Origin: Paraspadella gotoi
Taxonomy: Eukaryota; Animalia; Chaetognatha
Reading direction: 5' to 3'
NCBI GenBank assembly: GCA_051294375.1
Contig: CM119269.1
Coordinates: 394,910 to 458,909, forward strand
Length of the DNA stretch: 64,000 bases
The position numbers and the translations under genes were made by a program. Below, one piece after another: positions 10,456-23,705 of this stretch; the stretch's first letter is position 1, and every line of letters begins with the position of its first letter. The notes beneath the pieces were generated by a model. The model was not told the origin of the DNA. It made no database searches and worked only from the letters and a program-made list of their open reading frames with translations.

Positions 10456-12004
10456 ATGGGACATCGACACTCAAACTTATCCCCGCTCGAAAAAGAGATC
10501 GTTAAGGATAACATTCCCTCCACCGAGCGATACTATGGCCTTGTTAATTTCGGCAACACATGCTACTGCAACAGGTGATTCCTGCCCCTCCCATCTTTCT
10601 ACTCCTGGTATTGCATTGCAATTAACTCTCACTCCCATCATCTCAATTTCCTCGCAGTGTCCTTCAAGCCTTGTACTTCTGCCAACCATTCCGCGACCGA
10701 GTTCTCCAACACCGCGCCCATTCCAAGCGCAAGACCGAGACCCTCCTCTCCTGTTTGGGCGACCTCTTCCACAACATCTCCTCGCAGAAGAAACGAGTTG
10801 GTACCGTCGCACCGCGCAAATTCGTTTCGCGAGTGAAGAAGGAGGGGCCTTTCGACAACTTCACGCAGCAAGACGCCCACGAGTTCTTGAACTATCTGCT
10901 CAACAGCATGGCCGACTCTTTGGTCGCAGAAAAGACTGACAAGACGGAGCCTAATCCGACGACGACGACGACGAGAAGAAGACTTGGGACGTCTCCACCA
11001 TTCGTCAATCGGCCGACGGGTGCAGGTTCGGCGGCGGCGGCGGTGGCGGCGGCTGCTGCCTCTTCTTCAACCTCCAAGTCATGGATTCACGAACTCTTCG
11101 AAGGAACTCTTAGGAACGAGACGCGCTGCTTGAACTGCGAGACGGTCTCCAGCAAAGACGAAGATTTTCTCGATCTCTCCGTGGACGTTGAAGACAATTC
11201 GTCTCTGTCTCACTCGTTGAGAGTCTTCGCCAACACAGAGACTCTTTGCTCCGATCAAAAATACGACTGCGACGTTTGCCGATCGAAGCAGGAGGCACAG
11301 AAGAGGATGAGGATCAAAAGGGTGAGCGCAGTTTTATTCACAACAACAACAACGATCACAACGACAAACACCTAATTATGTTGACCTTAACTACAATATA
11401 GGCATATTTTACTAAATTTTATAATGATTACTATATATCAAGGAAGGGAAAATTTATTTTTTATTAGTAACATATTAATATTATTTTACTATTAAATTTA
11501 TAATTGTAGTATTAAATACTTCATTATCTTATTAGCATTATCGAAAAAATATATTTTCTATACTCTTCAGCTGCCCCGAATCTTGGCCTTACACCTAAAG
11601 CGCTTCAAATACTTGGACGACCTTCAACGCTACACCAAGCTGTCCCACCGCATGGCTTTCCCTGTCGAGCTTCGCCTGTCCCATTCGCCTGGCGAAACAG
11701 GCGACGATAACGACGAGCTGTTTGATCTTGTGGCCGTCGTTGTTCACTGCGGACCCGGGCCCAACAGGTCAGGACTAATCAATATCAATCAGTTAATTTT
11801 ACTTGATATAATTAAAATGTTTTATTTCCTTAAAGGGGTCACTACATTTCTCTAGTCAAGAGTCAAGGATTTTGGCTGCTATTCGACGACGACGTTGTGG
11901 AGCGAATCGACCCAGCGTCGCTCCAGCATTTTTTCGGGATTTCCTCCGAAGTCCAAAAACCCGCGGAAAGCGCCTACATTTTGTTTTATCAAGCCAGAGA
12001 TTAA
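10456..12004 (+). CDS. usp12/46: Ubiquitin-specific protease USP12/USP46. Exons 10456-10574, 10658-11321, 11571-11767, 11836-12004
   Basis: [13 protein letters not shown] Cys box, [16 protein letters not shown], His box [21 protein letters not shown]-terminal [10 protein letters not shown]. Confidence 0.95.
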
Positions 12005-12442
12005 TGGTGTTATGTTGCTACATTATGTTAAGAAATAAACGTCTAATTTGTGTTAAATCTGTTTTAAATTTTCAATTAAGCGCTAAGATGATTCGAGTCA
12101 GTCAACCTTTGTTTCCAGCTTTCCCTCTACGTATTGCCCACGTCAGGAATGTGTTGCACGCTTGAAATTTAAGGGTCGAGATTGTGACAAAATTATAAAT
12201 CGGTTTTCACCGATAAAATCACAATCGACCAAAATCAACCTGATCTTTTCTCACCGACGCACAGTGATCCACATGGCTTTAAATATCCGAAAAAAATCTT
12301 TTTTTCTTTTTTACCAAAACCTACTTTTTCCGGTATTACTTTTCTTATAGATCATAGTGCGCCGTCGATCCCAATAAAATTTCCAGGCCACGATTACATT
12401 TTTTCTTCCCTGAAATTTTTAAAACAAATTTAGGATAAAAAA

Positions 12443-13172
12443 ATGGTTCGCGTTTTAGTTTTTCTTTTCCTTTTGGGTAAGAATTTGAGAAAAGTTAAAT
12501 TAATAAGTTAAATAAATTGTACAACTAAATTGAAAAATTACTTGTGATAAATGATTGTAACTGATGACTTCTGTCTGTTATTCTGTAGGAACGACTTTTG
12601 CCCATGCTAATGGCTCCGAATACGGAATCAAGGATGTTTTGGAGAAATGTCTTAAGTTTTGTCCCAAGATCCATTCGCCAGTTTGCGATAACGAAGGCAT
12701 AACGCACAACAGTCAATGCGAATTTGAGATTCGCAAATGCGTTGCAAAAGAAACCAGCGGCAGAGATCTTCGCGTCGTTCATCCCGGAGTTTGTCTGGAC
12801 AAAAGAAGTGGAATAAAGCCCGTCTTAGAAAAGTGTCTCAAGTTTTGTCCCAAAATCATGGCTCCCGTTTGCGACAATGAAGGCATTACGCACTACAACA
12901 AATGTGAATTCGAAATCCGTCAATGTATCGCGAGAGAGACCAGCGGAAGAGAGATCAGATTGGTCCATCGCGGGGTCTGTTTGGACAAGAAGGGCATCAA
13001 GGACACGCTGGACAAATGCTTGAGAAATTGTCCAAAAGAAATGAGGCCGGTCTGTGACAACGAGGGAATTACCCACGCGAATCGATGCGTCTTTGAAATG
13101 AGACGATGCGTGAGAAGGGAAGAGACGGGAAATGAATTACGCGTCGTTAGAGATGGCGTGTGTCTCAACTGA
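12443..13172 (+). CDS. Secreted three-domain Kazal-type serine protease inhibitor. Exons 12443-12476 and 12589-13172
   Basis: Signal peptide MVRVLVFLFLLGTTFAHA spans a phase-1 intron. Three repeats of CxxxCPKxxxPVCDNEGITHxxxC...C...GVC. Confidence 0.92.
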
Positions 13173-13659
13173 GGTGAGACCTTCATTAAATCATAAAAAA
13201 AAACAAATCAAAACTTATGATTATGAAATAATCCTATTTGAATACAAGTTAATTTTAATAAATCCTAAAATTAATCATTAATGACTTTATAGGAGGCGCA
13301 ACTTGGACGGAACGACATTCAAGGAAAACAAATCCCAAATTTAAAGTTGAATTAAATTAATTAAAGTTTAGTTTGTACTTAATTTGAACTAAAGCAAATT
13401 TTTGCTTGAAAAAAGCCAAAAACAAACGTGATTCACGTTCATCAAATTTATTTGATTATTATTATTTTAATATATAATTATTTTTATTATTATAAAATAA
13501 ATATTAATATGCAATTTAGATAATTGAGTGGACGGTGTCGTAAATTTCTCACCTTGGTTTCAAATTGTTTTACGCCATCTTGTTGAAATAAAAATAAGTC
13601 ATATTTTCACAGATTTTCCGGCAGGCCAATCCGAAAAAGAGTTTTCGGATTCCGTGAGT

Positions 13660-13793
13660 CGGCGACTCGTGTCCCGGCACCGATTCGTGTCCCGACAATG
13701 ACTCGCTCTCTCTCGTGTCCCGACAATGACTCGCTCTCTCTCGTTCTTCATTAATCACCGAAATGGTTCAACAATTTCCTTCGGCGATTTTCT
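13660..13793 (-). pseudogene. Diverged duplicate of the neuropeptide last exon and 3' UTR
   Basis: Encodes ENRRRKLLNHFGD* versus ENRRRKLLNQIGRR*. Homology continues into the UTR (gagagcgagtc...cgggacacgag, tandemly repeated here). Confidence 0.75.
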
Positions 13794-13897
13794 GAGAGGT
13801 TTAGATTATTGCAGTAATAATTAGCGACACACAAACGTTTTCAGTGACTGTATAGTAGTGTATACATAGTGAAAAAAAAAATTAAATTAACATTGCG

Positions 13898-13930
13898 ATG
13901 ATGAAGACTCGAAAAAGAGTCGAAACATGC
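13898..13930 (+). ncRNA. Degenerate minimal hammerhead (Penelope-type)
   Basis: aTGATGA-A-GACTC-gaaaaa-GAGTC-GAAACATGcC; the core C and the cleavage triplet are mutated. Confidence 0.55.
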
Positions 13931-14908
13931 CCGTTTAAAGAAATAAACTTTGTTGTTTGTAAACAAAAACAAACTTTGGTTTCTCTCTCAAGTGACTATA
14001 TTAAAAAACTAATTTTGATCTGTGAAAACGTATTTGTTTATCTTAATGATAGATTGAACAATTTTTTTTTCTTCTCGGGTCACGTGACCTAAGAAGGGCC
14101 TTACCAGATTTTATCCCCTGATATCATAAAGGTCAGAGGCATGACCGCTTGTCTTCCGAGTCAAGTCTGGGTAACCTTCTATCAAGTCTCTAACCAAGTT
14201 TGATCTGCGTTTTTATCTAAAGAAAATAATAAGAAAGCGGGAGAAAACCCTGTAATAACAAAAGGTTGACTCTCTCATCCAAAAGCACCCTGTTTTTGAT
14301 TTTAACCCATAAACTTCAACTTTAATCCATTCTATTAATTATTAAACTAATACCGAACTTAACTTAATTTACTAGCTAACATAAACCTTAACCTTAAATG
14401 CTGACATCTGACTTATTTTTTTGGCGTGGTTCGAGTAGACGTCTGTTTAATGCCACTAGTGAGACCTTAAATTGGTACAAGAAGACAAATTGTATAAATT
14501 TTTAAAATATAAACCCTTTTTTTTTAATTTGATAATCGTAAAAGTTATTAATTTTAACTAATTATCTTAAAAAACCGAAACTAATGTTAATTTTCGGTCT
14601 GAAATTTTGAAGACAGATTGATATTTCATACTCGTATTTAGAAAATAATACATAATGATAATGTAATGCATATGACACACACAAAAAAAAACACCAAACA
14701 AACAAAAAATTTGCATCATTTTCGTTATCCAGAATACAATTTAAAGGTTATTGGTTATACAAAGTTACAAATGCAATATAAATTTGAATTTTTAATTATT
14801 TTTTTTTAATCCGTGAACATTCTCCTCTATGACATTTTTATATGAAATTGGTACAACCAATATAAAAATTATTATATATTATATATATATATTATATATT
14901 ATATATTA

Positions 14909-14993
14909 TTTAATGAAAATTGGTTTTTAATGCAACAACGATTTTATTTATCCAAAATAAAATCGTTGTTGCATAAAAAACCATTTTCGTTAA
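14909..14993. repeat. Inverted repeat, probably a Penelope-family remnant
   Basis: tgcaacaacgattttattt/aaataaaatcgttgttgca, followed by aaacacaacgaaa as seen after the repeat at 5554-5737. Confidence 0.6.
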
Positions 14994-15143
14994 ATCTCAA
15001 ACACAACGAAATGAAAGGATAATATCGGACATTTTTATAAATAAAACCGTAACACATTTTCTGCTAAGTCAAACCAGGTTTCTGAGTTTTTTCACTTCTT
15101 CTGAGGACTCGTGTCCCGGCAACGACTCGCTCTCTGTCTTTCT

Positions 15144-16182
15144 TCATCGGCGACCAATCTGATTCAATAATTTCCTGCGGCGATTTTCATCGATGTCTTT
15201 CTGAACGGATTTGTCAAGGAGACTCCTGTGAAAAAAAAGGGAAAGAGGAAAGGAAAGGAAAGGAAAGGAAAGGAAAGGAAAAGAGAGGAAAGGAAAGGAA
15301 AGGAAAAGAAATGAAAGGAAAAGAGAGGAAAAGAAATGAAAATAAAATAAATGAAGGGAAAAGATAGGAGGAAAGGAAAGGAATGGAAAGGAAAGGAAAG
15401 GAAAAGAGAGGAAAGGAATGTTATGGAATGGAAAGAAAATAAAAGCAAAGAAACGGAAAGGAAAGGAAAGGAATGGAATGGAAAGGAAAGGAAAGGAAAG
15501 GAAAGGAAAGGAAAGGAAAGGAAAGGAAAGGAAAGGAAAGGAATGGAAATGAAAAGAGGAAAGAGAAAAAAAGTACGGAAAAGAAAAGAAAAAAAAAGAA
15601 AAGAAAAAAGAGGAATAAAAGAAAGATAGAAGATAATAGAATAAGATAATAGAAGATAAAGATAAGAAGATAATAGAAGAAGAAAGGAAAAGAAAAGAGA
15701 AAAAAACAAGAGAAAAAAGAAAATAAAACAAAAGAGAGGAGAAAAAAGTGAAATCAAAAAGAGAAGAAGAAGAAAAAAAAAAGAAAAAATTAGAGAAGAA
15801 AAAAAAGAAGAGAGAAAAGAAAATAAAAAATAAAAGAAGAATAGATAAGAAAAGAAAATAAAAGAAAAAAGAAAAGAGAAAAGAAAAAAGGTTGAATAGA
15901 CATTATAATTTAAAGTGACCTGACCCTCTAAAACCTGACCTGATTCTGTCCGTAGAGATCATAACGGAGAGAGGGATCTTTGCCTGCCTTCCTGTCCAGG
16001 ATCCATCAATCCTCTTGTCCCAGGCGCCGATGTCTGTCGCGACGCCTGACGCCTGGCCGACGCCTGACGCCTGATCGATGCCGATCGAGGATTCCATTCC
16101 GTTCGACCCTGAAGAGAAAAAAGGAATCAGTGGGGAGAGAAGACGATGATAGATTTACTTATTTACTTTCTCTCTCTTTCTC

Positions 16183-16228
<46 letters not shown>

Positions 16229-16796
16229 TCTCTTTCTTCTCTCTCTCTCTCCTTCCTCTCTCTCTTTCTTCCTCTTTCGCTCTCTCTCTTCTTCCTCTTT
16301 CGCTCCTCTCTCTCTCTCTCTCTCTCTCTTACCCCTCGTCATCCTTCGTAGGTATTCTTCGCAGTTCCTCCTTCTCGGTGATGCTTTGCAGAGAGACACG
16401 CCCTTCGCCAACGCGGCCCAGAGAGCGTCCGCCGCACGCTTTAGGTTTGAGGTGGAAAGAGAGCTTTAAATTGATTGCTCTGATAAGTTCAAGTCTGAAA
16501 TATTATAATATATTACTAGCCATCAAAATAAAATAGCTTGCGCAAAATTCACGGGCACGACGGCTTATTCATTGAATGAACAGATGAATTGATAATTTTA
16601 CTTTGGTTGTTTTTATAACAAACTTCTCGAACGAACAATGTATAGAAAAACACATGAACAAAAATGAACAAACCTCCCTGATATCTTCTTCTTCCTGCGC
16701 CGCAAAGCCTGGGACGGCAGAAGAGCTCAGCACCGCGGGCACCGCAAAGGATGACAACGTGACGAGGAGGAGGAGGCGAAGAAGGAGGAGAGACAT
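15144..16796 (-). CDS. CRH/DH44/ELH-like neuropeptide precursor, 159 aa. Exons 16796-16674, 16438-16333, 16108-15940, 15225-15144
   Basis: Signal peptide MSLLLLRLLLLVTLSSFAVPA. Intron phases 0, 1, 2 give an open frame ending KR-IDGSWTGRQAKIPLSVMISTDRIRSLLDKSVQKDIDENRRRKLLNQI-GRR*. Confidence 0.8.
15238..15890. repeat. (GGAAA)n / purine-rich simple repeat in an intron
   Basis: Seen directly; explains the F/S-rich and K/E/R-rich ORFs. Confidence 0.9.
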
Positions 16797-17094
16797 CGCC
16801 GTCTTCAAATGACAATTTGAAAATAAGAAAAACAAAGAAAATTTATTGGAACCCAGTGTTCGAGGGGGGTCAGGGGGGGTAAAAGGCTGATATCATAACG
16901 TTTGGTCCTTCAATCTCCCCCGATTCCAAAAATGTAATTCTTTCTTCTCTAGTCCAATGGGAAAGTGGTCAAAAAATTCGATGTTGTCAGCTCGCCTATT
17001 TTTGTTTAAAAATTCGGTAAGGGGCAAATCTTTTCTAAGTTTCGATTTTTTTTTTGTTTCCAACTTTACACTAAAAATTAATTCTTGAAATCCG

Positions 17095-17600
17095 ACAATG
17101 ACGACAACGAACATAACAAAAAAGATGAAAAAGACAAAAACCAATAGAATAGAGATGACGAAAATGACGGCGAAGACGAAAANNNNNNNNNNAAAACAAA
17201 AACAACAAAACGTTGACGAAAATGATTACAAAGACGACAACAACAACAAAAACGATGATGAAAGCAACAACAGACGATGACAACAACGATGAAGGCGACA
17301 ACGACGAAGATGACAACAATAACAACAACGACAAAAACAACGACGAAGACGACAACAAAAACATCAAAGACGATGACAACAATAACGATGACAAAAACAA
17401 AAACGCCGAAAACGACAACGAAAAAGACGACAACGACGACGACGACAACGAAAACGACAACAAAGACGATGACGAAATCGACAGCAAAGACGACGACGAC
17501 CACAATGACGAAGAAGACGACAAAAGCGAAGGCGAAAACAACGACGAAAACGAAGGCGAAGACCATGACAAAAAAATTTGACGAAGTAAAAGACAACAAA
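17095..17600. repeat. (GAC/AAC/GAT)n degenerate trinucleotide repeat
   Basis: Seen directly; similar tract at 18425-18510. Confidence 0.85.
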
Positions 17601-18046
17601 GAGTACGGTGTGGCAGGACATATACAAGACACAAGGTTGATTTTTTATTCTCTCAAAAAGTGAAAATCAATAACAAAGTGAATACTACGTCTGGTCTATA
17701 TCATTTAAGTATTTAAACAGGGATTTCAACATGAAACCAAAGTGGATATTTATTTCACTAAGAACAAGCGCAAGACGGTGTCAGATTTGAGACAGAGTGA
17801 ATCAAAGTAGAAACAGAAACTATTTATAAAGGGTAAGTAGACGAAGCCAAAGGGACAACATGAGGACATGTTCGGGACATGGTAAAACAAAGGATAAGTC
17901 GTGAAGCCCGTTGGAGGGAGAGAGAGAGAGAGAGAGAAGGAGAGAGAGAGAGAGAGAATTTCTTGTTAGCTGTTGAGCTTGAAAGGTCGCGTGAACGAGG
18001 CTGCCACACATCCCCCCGCTGAGACTTCGACCCAGCGGAGAGAAGG

Positions 18047-18204
18047 CTATGAGAGTTGTTGATCATTGTCGTCGTCGGGTGGGTGCAGCATCGATGGGAG
18101 GATGTTGCTCAGGTTAAGAACGGCCTCTGACTGACGCTGCACAATTCGTACGATCGAAGGCGAGGGTGGCGGCGGCGGAGGCACGATCGGTGGCGCCGCC
18201 TGAA
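18047..18204 (-). CDS. Possible orphan terminal exon
   Basis: GC-rich island after a CAG acceptor: VQAAPPIVPPPPPPSPSIVRIVQRQSEAVLNLSNILPSMLHPPDDDNDQQLS*. Upstream exons not identified. Confidence 0.35.
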
Positions 18205-18347
18205 CTGAGTTGAGGCGAGGGCGTCCACGGCAGCAAAATAAAAAAGAGAGAGAAGAAAGAGAGAGAAAGAAAGAGAGAGAAAAACTCGGAAGAGAGAGTT
18301 TAAATTTAAGCAAGCAGCGGGGATTTAGTTGACTGTTGATTTGTTCA

Positions 18348-18378
<31 letters not shown>

Positions 18379-18593
18379 CTCGTTCTTTACTTCTTTCTCC
18401 AATGTCAAAAGATTCCAAAAAGAAAACGACGACGAAGACGACGACGAAAAAGATGAAGCCAAAAACGACGAAGACGAAAACGACGGTGAAGATGACGGCA
18501 AAGACGAACTCAATAATATACTGTCAATGATTTTTTATTATAAATTTATTTACATAGTTGTAATACCTTTCTTTTCGTTGTTATTGTATTAAA

Positions 18594-18799
18594 GGCAATT
18601 TGGTTTCCTCACCACTGACCACTATTCTTTCTCAACTCTGTGATGGAAACTTTGCCCTCTCTCCTCCACTCTCTCTCCTTCTTCACAAAACTGTCTAACA
18701 ATTACACAATTATTGACGTTGATGAAGGCTTGCATTCAAAGCCGCGAAACATGTATGTTTCTTTGAAATAAAAACTTGTAAACTGAAACCAAATTGCCT
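18594..18799 (+). mobile_element. Penelope-like remnant with degenerate hammerhead and inverted ends
   Basis: ggcaatttggtttc...gaaaccaaattgcc flanking tTGATGA-A-GGCTT-gcattca-AAGCC-gcGAAACATGTa and aataaa. Confidence 0.55.
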
Positions 18800-20968
18800 A
18801 TAAATTTATTATACGAAGTGAGATAGAGATGAGAGAGAAAGAAAAACATAATTATGATAAAATCAACATGCCATTTCAATTTTATTTTCATTCAATTTTG
18901 AAATTCAGCCCTGAGGACGTATTTGCTGGTCGATTTGTAGGACCTCAAATGATCCAACAAAGACGAAGACGTCGATCTTTGTACGTTACCCTTGTGGCGT
19001 AGTACTGCTAGTAAGTTTTCTGTTTGAAAAAGTTGGTTAAGAATTAAATGTTATTCATCATTGTTTATTAACTTTTTAATAGGATTTCAGGGTCAAATTA
19101 GCCATATTATTGTTAGATATGTCCAGTCTTTTCCGTACGATGTTGTGTTCATCAATTTCCCGTCCTGGCGCACCTCGTACACTGATTATCTTTTTCCTCT
19201 CAAAAAAGAAAAAAAAGAAAAAAATCGGGAATGGTTACAAAATTATGGTATGAAAAAATTTTAACTCTAGTTTCTTTTAAAATCAAATCATTAATTGGAT
19301 CGAAATATACCTCAACATTTATACAAGTATGAGAAGAAGGGAAGCGCTCTTTATCTCTCCTAAAATTAAATCTGTTGCAAACTACAGTCAACGGAAACCG
19401 GAAAGATATCACATAGGGCATGAGAAAAGTTTACCAAATGAAATGACATCCTTGTTCGCATTTTAAGAGGGATTTGACCTTTTTTTCTGTCCTTTCCTGT
19501 GTGTGTATGAAGGAGATGATATCACTATTAAAATTCCTTTATCAGAGGAGGCCCAGACGCAAGAATTCAGCTTTCTGCATTTAAATATAAAAATTCGAAA
19601 TTCATGGAAAAATGACTTCCCAAGTGAAAGTAAGAGAATGGAGGGTATCAGTATTTAGATCAATTAAAAAATTTTCCAATAAATATCTCGTCCTTGTTCG
19701 CACTGCAACAAGGAGATGGGAATTTTTTCTCCACTTTCCCGCGCAAAGAAAAATTAATGACTATCACCATTCGAATTCCTTTAATGATAGACCCTTAAGC
19801 TTATGATATCATTTTTATCACCGAGAGAAAATAGTTCGTAAAACAATTTCGAGACAAAACATAGAAAATCGAAGCAAAGTTTTCGAAAATGACTTTTATT
19901 TTAAAAATATACGTAAAATTTGAAGAAAAAAAAAGAAAGGAGGTGATAGTTTAATTTAATTGTTTAATTTAAATAGTATACCGCAAAGGACGGCGCGAGG
20001 GCCGAAGGTGCGAGGCAGATATTTGGGCGTGGCAGATTTGCAAGAGAAGCAGAAAGAAAAAGCTGCGTTGGCACCGACTTCAATTGGAGGTAAAGTTGAA
20101 AAACGAATCGACGTCCGTTATATAAGCGAAGGCGTCGTCGTTGTCGTCGTCGTCATATCCATCGTTGGCGGCCATTTTCCTTTTTTTCCGCTCGATTTAA
20201 CCAAAAACCAAAATAGATTTGTTTTCTCGAACGAATGAATTTTTCAAAAAATTCGTAAAGAGTCGTTAATCAGAGAAAAACATAACTGATAAGCCTAAAC
20301 TTTGTTTAATTTTTTTCGAGGGCTTAGGGAGTTTGAGACTAGTATATTTTCTATACCATACTTTATACATTTATCCAATGAAAGCCGTTCTTAAAAATAA
20401 ATATCCACTTCATTGATGAGGATGAAGGCAAGATAGCTTATTTGTTAAATGAATGAATAATTTTATATTCGTTATACCAATTACATAGACCGTCTAATTA
20501 AAATAGCTAATTAAATAGCTGACTACATTTTGCGGAGTGTGTCTTTGTATCTTTGTGCGAAAGCAAGATTGAGAAAATACTGGAAAAAACAAACAATATA
20601 ATCATAGACATACAATGGTATATCAAAATGATGAATACGAAAGAAAGAGTATGGTACAAATGATTTTGGCGCAATACCATTTTGCTTTTTAAATGGAAAT
20701 ATTAATCTAACCGTTAATAGGAAAAGACTAGGATTGTAAGAAAGTAATAGTAACTGCTTTCAATGACTAGTTAAATGAGGGGGGGAGATAATTGTACAAA
20801 AATGAACAACATATTGGGTCAGAAAATCAACGCAACAGAAAGTCTCTGGTGGCCGTTCTAAGTATTTGGCAGAAAAACTCAAATCTGAGTTCTTAACTTT
20901 TATCCTTTACAGAAAAAATGGAGACCTCGACAATTCATTGTAAGTGTTTTGGCGGAGAGTGAGTGAGT

Positions 20969-21021
<53 letters not shown>

Positions 21022-21742
21022 TTAAAATACAACAGAAGATAAAATATGGTGAAAAATAACCAACAAAGTAAAAAAGTACTGGTATCGTTTATATATACAA
21101 GTTTCAACCTGTAAAAAAATAAACAAGGAAAAATAAAATGCACTAATCACTGCAAACATAAATTGATAAAAAAGGGATTCAATTCACGGAGGTAGTTTCG
21201 GGAGATTCATGCAGCGGGTCTTGGTGTCACTTAAAATTAAAAGAGACCACATTTTTACACACGTGATCGATAAAAAAAACCGAAGTCATAATAATGAAAA
21301 ATAAGAACTAACTCTAAAAAAATTGGCACTGATAAAAATTTGCACGGGTGTTGTTTTTTATATATTTTTTTTGGTATTGCTGTAGCTTCCTGATTTAAAA
21401 TATAAAAGGTCAGGTTCCTAAAAAGAAGGTTTATGTTTCAAAAAGGTAAAAAGGATAAGCGAATTAAAGGAGGAAAACAAAAGGAGAAAGAGAAGAAAAG
21501 AGAGGAAAGAAAAGAAAAAATAAGAGAAGAAAAGGAAAAAGAAAAAAATAAGGAAAGAAAAAACGGTAAAAATAAGAAAAACAAAAAAAGGAAACAAAAA
21601 AACAACGTCGGATCTGCCCAAGATATATAAGCTGTAATCAATTAATCAGATGATACATTACAATATTTTTTTTCAATTTGCGATCTTAACAGAAAAAAAT
21701 CTTAAAAGCATAAGGAATCGAGCCTACTTTTGATGATACCAA

Positions 21743-21945
21743 ATATTGATCGCATGATAATCAAATATTGATGCGATGATAACCAATAATTGATGCGATG
21801 ATAATAAAATAACTGATGTGATGATAATCAAATGATTGATGCGATGATAGTCATTCATTGATGTGATGATAATCATTTCATTGATGATGATAATCATTCA
21901 TTGATGCGATGATAGTCATTCATTGACGCGATGAGTCATTCATCG
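21743..21945. repeat. Degenerate minisatellite (attgatgcgatgataatca core)
   Basis: About 9 tandem units seen directly. Confidence 0.85.
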
Positions 21946-21974
21946 TAAATAAAACAAACAAATGCGTGTATGAA

Positions 21975-21975
21975 T

Positions 21976-22027
<52 letters not shown>

Positions 22028-22953
22028 AGTGAGAGAGGCTGGTCGAGTTTTCACTCTCGTTTATATAAAGTATAATCAGAGCTGGACCGCCTGCAGAGCT
22101 GAACTCGTTTTTTCGACGTATCTGAGTAGGGACGAACTCTTTTCCTTTCCTTTGAATGAAATTTTAGATTGTTCTTTTTTTTAAGAAAGAACCAGACCGA
22201 GGTCAAATTTCATATTTGCATATTTAACTATAATTTATAAATATTTATCCCAACTCAAATAATTATTATTTTAAAAAAGAATAAAAATGATTAATATATA
22301 CACTAAAAAAAATTTACAATTTTAAAATTGTAAAAATTATTAGAATAACAAAAAAGTAATGTTTAATTTGACAATATCTCTCTTCTCAACTCCTATTTTA
22401 GATATAATTTGCCAATAGTGGGCGACGCGGTCCAAAGTTACAGTAATAAACAAAAACAAAAAAAATTTTTTTGTTGAAAGTTATATATGTAATTAAATTA
22501 ATCCGCGCAATTGCCGGACATATAGCAGCTATATGTACAGGCAGCAAGCTGATGTACATGTGACTTTGCCTGCATTATAAGTTATTTTTCCTTTTTTCTA
22601 AAAGGAATCCATTAAAATCTCGATGTAAATTTGGGATTTTGTATAGAGAAAAAAAAATAAATGGCGATAATAAAAGTTTTTAGAAGGAAAAAAATAATAA
22701 GAATTTTTCAAAAAACGAACGGGTCGTACATAGAGAGAGAGAAGAGAGAGAGAGAGAGAAGAGAGTGAAAAAAAAGTGACTAAAAATTTTGTTTTTTAAA
22801 AAAAAAGAGAGAGAGAGAGAGAGATAGAGAGAGCCGGAACTCGTTTACTCGTCGCGCAGTGACGGAGGTAAAAAAAAGGTGACTAAAAATTATTTTTGTA
22901 CAAAAAAAAGAGATAGAGAAGAGAAAGGAGAGAGAGAGACAGATAGAGAGAAA

Positions 22954-23000
<47 letters not shown>

Positions 23001-23129
23001 AGAGCCGGAACACGTGTTTACTCGTTTACAAGTGAATAAATTTTTTTTTGTAAAAAAAAAAAGAGAGAGAGAGTGAGAGAGAGAGAGAGAGAGAAGAGAG
23101 AGAAAGAGAGAGAGAAGAGAGAGAGAGAA

Positions 23130-23173
<44 letters not shown>

Positions 23174-23451
23174 AGAGAAAGTTTTCCCGCCAACGATACG
23201 CAATATTAGGTCACTCTTGTTTATATCGGCGTGATCTCGGTCAAGTTGATTTTTTTTATACACGTAACGCGTTATTAGGTCATGTTCCTCGAATTGTTTA
23301 TTCGTTGCCCCGCAACGGCACGAAATCCAGGTGAAGTTAGTTATTCTTCACATTTTTCAAAAAAATCCACGAAAATCTCAGATGTAAATTTGGGATTTTG
23401 TATTGAGAAAAAAAAGCGCGGAATAAGATAAGAGAGAGAAGAAAACGACGA

Positions 23452-23482
<31 letters not shown>

Positions 23483-23705
23483 CGGAGGGAGACGGAGGGA
23501 AGAGAGAGAGAGAGCCTGAATCGTTTTTTTTTTTTAAAACGATTCAGAAAAGGCAGCGCCTGATCAAATATATATGTTTTAGAAAGAAAAAAATAATCAG
23601 AATTTTTCAAAAAACGAACGATCACGCAAGAGATCGCACACAAAGAGAGACAGAGAGAAACTGAACTCGTTTTTAAACGATTCAGAAAAGGCAGCGCCTA
23701 AAAAA
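21975..23705. repeat. Complex locally duplicated region built of (AG)n plus gaactcgttt modules
   Basis: gatgtaaatttgggattttgtat at about 22622 and 23381; agaatttttcaaaaaacgaacg at about 22700 and 23599. Confidence 0.7.

Noticed and set aside
15164-17663. Low-complexity ORFs (F/S/L, K/E/R, D/N/T-rich)
   Set aside because: Translations of microsatellites; the same applies to ORFs at 41956-42606 and in (AG)n tracts.
18909-19200. Exon-like segments with good splice sites on +, and an LRR-like LDISNNN on -
   Set aside because: No consistent open frame or recognisable domain. Similar unassignable mini-exons occur at 941-992 and 62770-63017.
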